A stretch of DNA of 55,778 bases from Parcubacteria group bacterium (GTDB taxonomy: Bacteria > Patescibacteriota > Minisyncoccia > Moranbacterales > UBA2206), in assembly GCA_041659505.1 (NCBI GenBank), contig JBAZYF010000005.1, positions 1-55,778 of the forward strand. The letters run 5' to 3'. The position numbers and the translations under genes are program-made. Positions 17,811-25,950 of the stretch are shown here, piece by piece; the stretch's first letter is position 1; each line of letters starts with the position of its first letter. The notes under the pieces were generated by a model, which saw only the letters and a program-made list of their open reading frames with translations, made no database searches and had not been told where the DNA came from.

Positions 17811-18768
17811 GGAAATGGGGGGTGGCGGAGAAAAATCATCTCAGCTTATTTTTGGAATAAGAAAATTTTTTCCAAAAGCGATTAAATGGAAAAATACCCA
17901 AGACGATGGGGCTGCTTTTAGTCTCGGAAAAGAAAAATTAGTCTTCACAACAGATGCGTTTATTGTTGATCCGCTTTTTTTCCCAGGTGGGGACATCGGG
18001 AAAATCGCTATTTGTGGGACAATTAATGATCTCTCAGTGATGGGCGCGGTACCGATTGGGATCTCGCTTAGTCTTGTGATTGAAGAAGGTTTTCCGCAGA
18101 GTGATTTGAAAAAAATTATGCAGTCAATCGGGAAGATTTCCAAAGAGACGGGTGTACCGATTGTGACGGGGGATACAAAAGTGACAGAAAAAGGCAAGAT
18201 CGACAAAATTGAAATTACCACTTCTGGCGTGGGACTCGCTTCAAAAATTATTGAAAATGGTGGAGCGAAAGTGGGCGATGCGATCATTACTTCTGGCAAT
18301 CTTGGCGAACACGCCGTGGCGCTACTGGCTAGTCGGTTCAATTACCGGACAAAAATAAAAAGTGATTGCCAGCCAGTCACGAAAGAAGTTCAAAGTATCT
18401 TACCGTATCTTACTTCTTGCAAAGATCCGACGCGCGGTGGTGTGGCGGCGGTGCTCAATGAAATGGCGGAAAAATCTAAAATGAGATTTATTTTAGACGA
18501 AAATAATCTGCCGTTTTCCAAAGAAACTGTCGCGCTTTCTGGACTCTTGGGGATTGATAAATTTTCCTTTCCGTCCGAAGGCCGGTTTGTGGGGACTGTT
18601 CCCCAAAAAGACGCTGAAAAAGTGCTTAAAATTCTTAGAAAATATAATCGTGGAGCCAAAATTATTGGTTCAGTTGTGAAGGGCAACGGAGTTTATTTGA
18701 AGACCATAATCGGCAGTGAGAAAAAAATTGAGGTGCCGAGGGGGAAATTGATTCCGCGGATTTGTTAG
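17785..18768 (+). CDS. hypE: hydrogenase maturation protein HypE
   Basis: AIR-synthase-like fold motifs (DAFIVDPLFFPGGDIGKIAICGTINDL, TGDTKV) and the C-terminal PRIC. The true start could instead be ATG 17809. Confidence 0.9.
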   Translation: MKQFNNVTMEMGGGGEKSSQLIFGIRKFFPKAIKWKNTQDDGAAFSLGKEKLVFTTDAFIVDPLFFPGGDIGKIAICGTINDLSVMGAVPIGISLSLVIEEGFPQSDLKKIMQSIGKISKETGVPIVTGDTKVTEKGKIDKIEITTSGVGLASKIIENGGAKVGDAIITSGNLGEHAVALLASRFNYRTKIKSDCQPVTKEVQSILPYLTSCKDPTRGGVAAVLNEMAEKSKMRFILDENNLPFSKETVALSGLLGIDKFSFPSEGRFVGTVPQKDAEKVLKILRKYNRGAKIIGSVVKGNGVYLKTIIGSEKKIEVPRGKLIPRIC

Positions 18769-18778
18769 GCTCAAAATG

Positions 18779-19525
18779 TTACGGCTTAACCGCTGACTTC
18801 CAAGCTAACTCAAACATTGTCCTATAGGCATTGGCGATGTCGTTGTCTTCGATGATGACACCGTAGTAATTTTTTTTGACGGATAGACTAACTACTTTGT
18901 TGTCATAGATGATATTATCCACGCTGGAAAAGAAGTGTGCCCCTGGAAGGATGCGAACATTTGAGGTGGGATTTTTTTGACTGTTCACTTTTTTGGCGTA
19001 GTTGCGATCAAAAAGAGTATTGTTCACAATTTCTCGCGAGCCTTTTAGATAAGCAAAACTGACTTTGCTGATTTTATTATAACTTTCCATAAATTCTTCA
19101 AAAATATCCTTAATCGAGCCGAACCAAAGTACCTCTGTTTGGCTTTTTAGTGTTTCTTCATAGATTTTTCTGATGCCAGCTTTTCCTTCATAAGTGACAA
19201 TTTTGGGTTTTTCATTTTTGCTAAAATAGTTATTTTTGAGTTCCGGCAAAATTCTTTCAATGGAGTTCTTTTTGGATTCCAGCAATTGGACTAACTTTTC
19301 CGGTTCTTCCGGTAAATAATATTTCTTTTTGCCCTTGACGATGGTTTTCACGAGGCCGGCCTCGGTTAGATTTTCAATGGTAATATAGACCGTTGGTCTT
19401 TTGATTTCAGTTTCCTTGGCAATCGCCAAAATTGTACTATGGCCACAGCGAAGCATCGCTAAATAGATTTTGGCTTCATTGGCACTTAGGCCATAGTCGA
19501 TGAGGGTTTTTTGTAATTCTTTCAT
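18779..19525 (-). CDS. TrmB-family transcriptional regulator
   Basis: N-terminal winged helix LSANEAKIYLAMLRCGHSTILAIAKETEIKRPTVYITIENLTEAGLV. Start placed at MKELQK. Confidence 0.75.
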   Translation of the reverse strand: MKELQKTLIDYGLSANEAKIYLAMLRCGHSTILAIAKETEIKRPTVYITIENLTEAGLVKTIVKGKKKYYLPEEPEKLVQLLESKKNSIERILPELKNNYFSKNEKPKIVTYEGKAGIRKIYEETLKSQTEVLWFGSIKDIFEEFMESYNKISKVSFAYLKGSREIVNNTLFDRNYAKKVNSQKNPTSNVRILPGAHFFSSVDNIIYDNKVVSLSVKKNYYGVIIEDNDIANAYRTMFELAWKSAVKP

Positions 19526-19552
19526 GGTAATAGTGTAGCAAATATGCAAAAA

Positions 19553-19571
19553 ATGTCAATAATTATGACAT
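19553..19571. promoter_or_regulatory. inverted repeat ATGTCA-N7-TGACAT in the divergent intergenic region (candidate operator)
   Basis: Perfect 6-bp arms. A second palindrome, ATATGC-N6-GCATAT, lies at 19615..19632. Confidence 0.3.
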
Positions 19572-19743
19572 TATTTGTGGTTAGCTTAAGGAATAATGCC
19601 TAGCCATAGCTACGATATGCAAATTAGCATATCTGCTATGAAATATTGCGTTGACATAATGTGGGTTATTTCGCTATATTAGCTTATCGAAATAAAAAAC
19701 ATTCGAATAGTAATCTTAACAATAAAATAGTAAGGAGAGGCGA

Positions 19744-20883
19744 ATGAAAAGAATAAAGCGGGCGATGTTAAGGATTTGCGAGTTGGCAAGAGAGGGGCTT
19801 GTTCCTTTCGACAAGTTGGAAGCGAGTATATATCGTCACGACCCGATGGTTCTTGTAGATTGTGTTAGTATCTCTGAGTTTGATTTTCCCAAGGGGACAG
19901 TGAATATTTCACAGTGTGAGCAGCTTGAGATGAACGGACCTGTCGAGTTTGATATTTCAAAACTCAAACAAACATTTCACCCAAGGCAAGTCGCTGGTGA
20001 AATGATTCCATTCAGTGACGTGTATTTATATCTTGAAGAAAATAAGCTTCTTGATGATTGCCTGGGTTTTTCTGAACTCCTTGCGATTAAGAAAAAAGGA
20101 TATGATTTTTTCAGCCAGCACGTTCCTTATTACGAAGGACCCGGTGCGTTATTGATTGGCTGGAAGACAACTATTAGAGGAGCCAATGGTGATTTTCACG
20201 TCATAAGTCTTGGTAGCGGTGAATTTTTTTGGGTAGACCTTAATTATTTTCACTGTCTTCCAATCTTTCCAGCGATTTATTTTCCGGCTGATACAAAAAA
20301 GGAACAGAGAAAAAAAATCGACAGAGAGACGCTACTATCAAGATTTGAAAAATTAGTCAATAAGGGACTCATCCCTCTCGATGAGCTTCAAGCAACTATT
20401 GACGACTATGACCCAAAGGTTCAGGTAGATCGGAATATTATTCTGCCAGACCTAAATGGGGACTATCCCGTATTTGTGCACGAGGCATTTCTCCCAAGAT
20501 GCTCAGGTCCGGATAGCTTTAATATTTTAAATATTCGTCCTTGGGGTCCATCAGAAAAACCAAATAGTACTTTGTGTTTTAGGGAGCTGCAAAAAAGGCT
20601 CAAGGCAGATGGCTTGCTTGAAAAATGTTTGGATTTTTCCGAGCTTGTAGCAATTCGCAAAAGGAAGAGTCGTGAATTTGTTGAAAAATATATCTACCTG
20701 AATAAAAACCTATCCAGTATGATATTCGGATGGAAAACGACCATTAAGCTTCATGATGGAAGAATAGCCGTACCATATCTCATGGTGAATGCTTTGGATT
20801 TGGGTGGTGTTGAATGGATGGGATTTAAGCAGGAAGACGAGTTAAGAATTGATCTTTATCATGTCTTTTACCATGCTGCATAA
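19744..20883 (+). CDS. hypothetical protein made of two tandem ~190 aa homologous halves
   Basis: Strong RBS: AAGGAGAGG then 4 nt before the ATG. Both halves carry GL[VI]P[FL]D[KE]L[EQ]A[ST]I..DP.V.VD, CL.FSEL[LV]AI[KR]K and [IF]GWKTTI. Confidence 0.65.
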   Translation: MKRIKRAMLRICELAREGLVPFDKLEASIYRHDPMVLVDCVSISEFDFPKGTVNISQCEQLEMNGPVEFDISKLKQTFHPRQVAGEMIPFSDVYLYLEENKLLDDCLGFSELLAIKKKGYDFFSQHVPYYEGPGALLIGWKTTIRGANGDFHVISLGSGEFFWVDLNYFHCLPIFPAIYFPADTKKEQRKKIDRETLLSRFEKLVNKGLIPLDELQATIDDYDPKVQVDRNIILPDLNGDYPVFVHEAFLPRCSGPDSFNILNIRPWGPSEKPNSTLCFRELQKRLKADGLLEKCLDFSELVAIRKRKSREFVEKYIYLNKNLSSMIFGWKTTIKLHDGRIAVPYLMVNALDLGGVEWMGFKQEDELRIDLYHVFYHAA

Positions 20884-20906
20884 GATATTACACAAACACA
20901 AGAGGG

Positions 20907-20941
20907 AACTCCATGCATTAACTTTTGCATGGAGTTTTTTA
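20907..20941. terminator. bidirectional intrinsic terminator between convergent genes
   Basis: AACTCCATGC-attaactttt-GCATGGAGTT followed by a T-run. Confidence 0.65.
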
Positions 20942-22315
20942 TTTTAAAAGTAAATAATAAACAACCTGCCCAAAAGAAAGTCCGGCGTCGCCACGTGGGA
21001 TTTTTTTGTTTGTGTAGGCACCTTTAGAAATTAGATAGTCAGAAATAATTTTGTTGTTGGCGATACCGCCAGAAAAGAATATGTCATTCTGAGCGCAGCG
21101 CAGCGTAGCCGAAGAATCTGCTATTGAATATCGCTGGTGGTGTTCGCTGGAAGATCCTTCGGCTTCGTCCGAGTACGGACTTCGCTCAGGATGACAATTA
21201 TGTTCTATTATTTCATGCAATCCTTGGGCGATATAAAGTTGTGCCGTAGTGGCGAGGCGTTTCTTGTCTTTGCGTAAATTTTTAACTAAATATTCAAACA
21301 AAAAAGTGGTATTTAAAACTTGCTTGCCCTGCGAAAGCATAATTTTTGGTTTTAAATCCGCGTATGGTTTTTCAGAATTAGCTTCGAGGAGTTCGATCGG
21401 CTCGTGTTTATATTTCCGTTCATTTTCGCAAAAACCCAAAAGCAATGAAACGGCGTCGAGAATTCGTCCAGTGCTGGAAGTTTCCAGGCAATTGAAATTT
21501 TGCTGGAGCTGATTGTGAATTAGCTCAAATTCGTTTTTGGAATAATATTTTTTAATGTAATGAAAGATAGTGTTTTTTCTTTTCAGCTCGTCCTTGCCCT
21601 CATCTGTCACGTACTCGTGACATCCTCTCCCGGAGGGCGAGGAGGATGCGGAAAAAACTTTTTCTAAAATACCAATGAGCATCCGCGCCGGTTCTCTCAC
21701 TGCCAAATCACCGCCAATAAGTATTTGATTTTCAAGGTGGCCGATTCTATTGATTTTAACTTTATTTTTGGAATTTTTTTTAGAAATTAGATAATTAGAT
21801 AAATTAGAAATTTTAAATACTTCTCCTCCCCAAATCTTTCCATCTTCGCCGTAACCTGTACCGTCCATGGCAACTCCGTAGAAACAATTTTGAACCTTGC
21901 CTACCGGCAGGCAGGTTTTGAATTTTGAATTTTGAATAATTCTATCTCCGATAGCGGAAAAAATATGGGCGAGGTGGTGCTGAACTTGGATGTGTCTGGC
22001 TTCGTATTTTATGCTTAAAGCCTCACCCCAAGTCGAAGTAAAATATAGAGGATGGAGATCAGTGAGAATTATGTCTGGCTTGAACCCGTGGTTTTTTAAA
22101 AATTCCAAAACCGCATCCTGATATTTTTGCCAATTTTTTTCATCCAAAAGATCGCCAAAGCTCTCTGAGAAATAGATTTTCCCAGCTTTGAAGATACAAA
22201 AATTTCCGTCGGATTCAGCTCCAAGGGCGAGGATCGTCTTTTTGGTATTTTGGGGAAAAAGATGTGTGTCCATATGAATAAGTATAGCACAGGGTTTTTG
22301 CTTAGTTTTTTTCAT
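20939..22315 (-). CDS. hypF: HypF-like carbamoyltransferase, Kae1-like C-terminal domain only, with repeat-derived in-frame inserts
   Basis: ILALGAE..NFC, DLHPLYFST, VQHHLAH, MDGTGYGEDGKIWGGE, GDAGLSFGQ. No acylphosphatase, Zn-finger or YrdC-like region is present. Confidence 0.75.
   Translation of the reverse strand: MKKTKQKPCAILIHMDTHLFPQNTKKTILALGAESDGNFCIFKAGKIYFSESFGDLLDEKNWQKYQDAVLEFLKNHGFKPDIILTDLHPLYFTSTWGEALSIKYEARHIQVQHHLAHIFSAIGDRIIQNSKFKTCLPVGKVQNCFYGVAMDGTGYGEDGKIWGGEVFKISNLSNYLISKKNSKNKVKINRIGHLENQILIGGDLAVREPARMLIGILEKVFSASSSPSGRGCHEYVTDEGKDELKRKNTIFHYIKKYYSKNEFELIHNQLQQNFNCLETSSTGRILDAVSLLLGFCENERKYKHEPIELLEANSEKPYADLKPKIMLSQGKQVLNTTFLFEYLVKNLRKDKKRLATTAQLYIAQGLHEIIEHNCHPERSPYSDEAEGSSSEHHQRYSIADSSATLRCAQNDIFFSGGIANNKIISDYLISKGAYTNKKIPRGDAGLSFGQVVYYLLLK
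21082..21196. repeat. family C MITE-like element, copy 1, inside the hypF reading frame
   Basis: TGTCATTCTGAGCG...CGCTCAGGATGACA. One arm closely matches (a few mismatches) the left arm of 51741..51897. Translated in frame as CHPERSPYSDEAEGSSSEHHQRYSIADSSATLRCAQND. Confidence 0.8.
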
Positions 22316-22366
22316 AATTTATGCTAAAATAGAGGAGTAAAAACATAATTTATTCAATCTAAAATA

Positions 22367-23269
22367 ATGCCAATCAAAAATAAACCAGAAACAAAAAAAG
22401 CGAAGCCAAAAAAAAATGTAGCGACAAAAATTAAAGTACGAGTGATAAAAAAAATACTGACGCCGAAGATTAAAGCAGAGGCGGTAAAAAAATTTGCCAG
22501 TGGAAAACCGCGCGTGGCCATTATTAGCCTCACTTCTTGCGAAGGTTGTCAGTTTGTTCTCCTTGACCTTGGTACGCGCTTTTTGGAATTCACAGAAAGC
22601 GTGGAGTTAGTTGATTTCCGCTTGATTGAGGACATGGAGGATGATGGTGGAATGCTGGATTTGGTGCTTGTAGAAGGCAATCCAGTGACCAAGGCGAATG
22701 AAAAAACCTTGCTCGAAGCGAGAAAGAGAGCCAAGGTGCTGGTGGCGTTGGGAAACTGCGCGGCGATGGGTGGGGTGCCGGAGATGAAAAATTATCATGA
22801 AGGTGTGAGTACGATTAAGCATGTCTACAAGTATCTGCAAGGAATTAATAATCCGGCTATTCGCGAGATTGATAATCTGGTGAAAGTTGATTTCGTTTTT
22901 CCAGGTTGCCCGATCAATGGGGAGGAGTTTTTGACTTATGTTCCAGAATTGCTCAAGGGAAATATTCCGATTATTCCGGATCAGCCGGTTTGCGTGGAGT
23001 GTAAAAAAGCGGGAAATCGTTGTCTGCTTCTCGACAAAAAACCCTGTTTTGGTCCGATGATTCTGGGTGGCTGTGGGGCGACTTGTCCTAGTTCGCGGGC
23101 GCAATGCCAGGGTTGTCGCGGACTGCGTCCGGCAGGCAATGTGACAGCGATGCGCGCGGCGCTAAAAAATATGATGAGCGATGAACAGTTTCAGAATATG
23201 ACCGAAATTTTTGGGCTGCGTGATGATTTGGAAGCCAGGGAGCGTAAGGATAGATTAGTAAAGAGATGA
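22367..23269 (+). CDS. [NiFe] hydrogenase small subunit (group 3 type, NuoB-like fold) with a Lys-rich N-terminal extension and an extra C-terminal Cys cluster region
   Basis: SLTSCEGCQ, GNCAAMGG, FPGCP, then CVECKKAGNRC..C..GGCGATCP..CQGC. Confidence 0.85.
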   Translation: MPIKNKPETKKAKPKKNVATKIKVRVIKKILTPKIKAEAVKKFASGKPRVAIISLTSCEGCQFVLLDLGTRFLEFTESVELVDFRLIEDMEDDGGMLDLVLVEGNPVTKANEKTLLEARKRAKVLVALGNCAAMGGVPEMKNYHEGVSTIKHVYKYLQGINNPAIREIDNLVKVDFVFPGCPINGEEFLTYVPELLKGNIPIIPDQPVCVECKKAGNRCLLLDKKPCFGPMILGGCGATCPSSRAQCQGCRGLRPAGNVTAMRAALKNMMSDEQFQNMTEIFGLRDDLEARERKDRLVKR

Positions 23270-24216
23270 AAAAATTTTTTCAATATCTGGCAATCGTCAT
23301 CCTCTTTTCAACTTGGGGGACAATGCTTAAGAATAAAACATCTTTCCGTGAAGCTGTACTTGATGCGAAAGAAGCTATTTCGGAAATGACCGGAATCGGT
23401 TTGCCATGTTCCAAGCCGTTTAAATATGCGATCGGTTCAGTCGATCCGAAATTCGGTCTGAGTACGAATGAGTTTCTAATCCAAGCACAGGAAGCGGAAA
23501 ATATCTGGGAAAGCCAATCCGGGAAAAATTTATTCGAATATGATCCAAATTCCCAGTTTAAGATCAATCTGATTTTTGACTCAAGGCAGGTGCAATCCAA
23601 TGAAGCCGATAAGCTGAACGAGAACCTTGACCAGCTGGAATCGTCGCATAAAAAAATCACTGATCAATATGAGAATTTGAGTGGAACATACGAACAAAAA
23701 ACAGCCAAATACAATGCAGATGTGGCGGATTATCAGAAAAAGCTTGATGCCTATAACAAGGCGGTCGCAGATTGGAACAAGAATGGGGGATCAAAAGATG
23801 AATATGCTGAGCTAAAAGAGGATAAGGAAGATTTGGAAAATTTATACGAAAAACTAGAGAAAGAACGCCTGGAAGTAAATAGTTTGGCGGGAAAAACTAA
23901 TGCGCTGGTTTCCAAAGAACAAAAAGTGGTCAACGAATATAATACTAATGTCTCGACATATACAAATAAATACGGAGGCGGACAGGAATTTGAAAAAGGG
24001 CTCTATGATGGCGAGGAGATCAATATCTATCAATTCAAGCAAACGACTGATCTGCGCTTGACGCTCGTGCATGAACTTGGTCATGCGCTGGGCATCGGAC
24101 ACGTCGAAGACTCCAAGTCGATTATGTATTATTTAATGGGGGAGCAGGATATGGAAAATCCGGTACTTTCAGCGGAAGATCTAGGCGCATTGAAAACTGT
24201 TTGCAAGTTTAAATAA
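23266..24216 (+). CDS. membrane-anchored or secreted metzincin-type zinc metalloprotease (matrixin/M10-like) with a coiled-coil middle region
   Basis: N-terminal hydrophobic helix; HELGHALGIGH (HExxHxxGxxH) followed by SIMYY (Met-turn). The ATGA start/stop overlap joins it to the preceding small-subunit gene. Confidence 0.8.
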   Translation: MKKFFQYLAIVILFSTWGTMLKNKTSFREAVLDAKEAISEMTGIGLPCSKPFKYAIGSVDPKFGLSTNEFLIQAQEAENIWESQSGKNLFEYDPNSQFKINLIFDSRQVQSNEADKLNENLDQLESSHKKITDQYENLSGTYEQKTAKYNADVADYQKKLDAYNKAVADWNKNGGSKDEYAELKEDKEDLENLYEKLEKERLEVNSLAGKTNALVSKEQKVVNEYNTNVSTYTNKYGGGQEFEKGLYDGEEINIYQFKQTTDLRLTLVHELGHALGIGHVEDSKSIMYYLMGEQDMENPVLSAEDLGALKTVCKFK

Positions 24217-24237
24217 CTCACCGGGTTATTTTTAAAA

Positions 24238-25887
24238 ATGACAAAATTAAAGCTAAAACCGAAACTGTTTTTCTGCTTCATTGTATTTTTTAGCATTTTT
24301 GGTCTGGCTAAAAATTCCCATGCTGCTACCTACTATATTGACTACTCTAACGGGTCTGATACTAACAATGGAACTTCGACCTCGACTCCTTGGAAACTGG
24401 CTCCGGGGATGCGCGGATGCTCGGTTGGGGATACAGGTGGAAATTGTAATGCGAAGCGAGTTTCTGGTGGCACTCCTGGAGACCGGTTTATTTTTAAGGG
24501 AGGTGTAACTTGGCCACGTGCAGCGTTAAGTTTTAATTGGTATTTTGGTTCTGGTACAACAGCCAACCCGATCTATTTCGGGGTGGACAAAGCTTGGTAT
24601 GCCGGAGGCGCATGGTCTAGGCCGGTCATGGATGCGGAAGATAATGAACCATATCCTAGTCCGGAAAATTATTACACCATGATGGCTATTTATGGTGACG
24701 GGTTTGTTGTTGATAATTTAGAATTCAAGGGGTTGGCTCAGTTGGCAGATACCAATCCAATCTATCCAGGGATGCTGACTGTTGGCACATCAATAGCATC
24801 AGTACAGGGTATTGAGGTGAAAAACTGCTACTTTCATGGTTGGAGCCATGGTGGAACGGCAGTGCATGACAATATGATGGTACTCAGCACGGTTTTATGG
24901 GACACTCCAGATATGAATCTTAAAATTCATGATAATGTTTGGGATGGTTCTGATACAACAAAAGACATGGCGCTCGCATATAAAGGATCGGCCGGACATT
25001 TTTACAATAATTATGTCGGTGATATGTCCAATATGTACGTTGGTGTTAATGAGGGTTATATGTGGGGCAATTCTTTTATAAACATCGGCATCGGACGAGG
25101 GATAGATTGTACTTTCATTAATGGTGTGAGTGATTATTTCTCGTTTGATTGCACGACGCATGGAAATACAGACGAAACTTATGGCACACACTATGGCTAT
25201 TATAATAATTATTCAGATCATGTCGGCGGGGGAGCAAATCTGATCTATTATCCAGAACCGTCCGGTTCGACGACGGTCTTTAATAATGTAGTTGTGGATG
25301 ATGGCAATCAAACAATGCAGCTAGGCGCGCTGTATATGACGCCAAGTAATACTTTTGGGTATAATATTTTCAATAATACTTTCCAGGTTACCGCCACCAA
25401 TGGAACAATTAATGGAGGAACGGGCGGAGGAGATGGATCAAGATTTTCATTTGCCAAAATTCAAAATAATCATATTATCAGTAGTCCAATCGGCAGTTCA
25501 ATCAATATGTCAAACATAACAACGACCACAACACAAGACCACAATCTTGATCAAACAGCAGAAGTCGCTTTGGCGGCCGGTTATTTATCGACGCAAACGC
25601 ATCCTTATTCTCCGCAGGCGTCGAATAGTAGTACGGTAAATTCCGGGACAGTCCTTTCGTTAATATGTTCTGGATTATCTGACGTTGCCCCGTCACTTAT
25701 TGCCACAGCCTGTCTTAGCGATACGACTCTTGGTGTAACTTATGATGCTGTTAATCACGCAGTTACTGGTGATGGCAAGGCGGCAATTCTCCGCGGAGCA
25801 AGTTGGGACATCGGTGCCTACGAATATGCCACAGGAACAAGCGACACCACTCCACCAACAGCTCCAAGTGGACTCAACGTAGACTAA
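24238..25887 (+). CDS. secreted right-handed beta-helix (pectate-lyase-fold-like) protein, array member 1
   Basis: Signal peptide ..FGLAKNSHA; ATYYIDYSNGSDTNNGTSTSTPWK; WDIGAYEY; tail DTTPPTAPSGLNVD-stop. Confidence 0.7.
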   Translation: MTKLKLKPKLFFCFIVFFSIFGLAKNSHAATYYIDYSNGSDTNNGTSTSTPWKLAPGMRGCSVGDTGGNCNAKRVSGGTPGDRFIFKGGVTWPRAALSFNWYFGSGTTANPIYFGVDKAWYAGGAWSRPVMDAEDNEPYPSPENYYTMMAIYGDGFVVDNLEFKGLAQLADTNPIYPGMLTVGTSIASVQGIEVKNCYFHGWSHGGTAVHDNMMVLSTVLWDTPDMNLKIHDNVWDGSDTTKDMALAYKGSAGHFYNNYVGDMSNMYVGVNEGYMWGNSFINIGIGRGIDCTFINGVSDYFSFDCTTHGNTDETYGTHYGYYNNYSDHVGGGANLIYYPEPSGSTTVFNNVVVDDGNQTMQLGALYMTPSNTFGYNIFNNTFQVTATNGTINGGTGGGDGSRFSFAKIQNNHIISSPIGSSINMSNITTTTTQDHNLDQTAEVALAAGYLSTQTHPYSPQASNSSTVNSGTVLSLICSGLSDVAPSLIATACLSDTTLGVTYDAVNHAVTGDGKAAILRGASWDIGAYEYATGTSDTTPPTAPSGLNVD

Positions 25888-25903
25888 AAGAGGTAATGAG
25901 CAT

Positions 25904-25931
25904 GTTACGTAACAAGGCAAGTAACAAATTC
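25904..25931. promoter_or_regulatory. conserved junction motif GTTACGTAAC-AAGGCAAGTAACAAATTC
   Basis: A perfect 10-bp palindrome plus GTAAC/GTAAG half-site repeats. It is repeated at 27545..27572 and 29276..29299. Confidence 0.5.
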
Positions 25932-25950
25932 GGTGGTTTGTTTTAATAAA

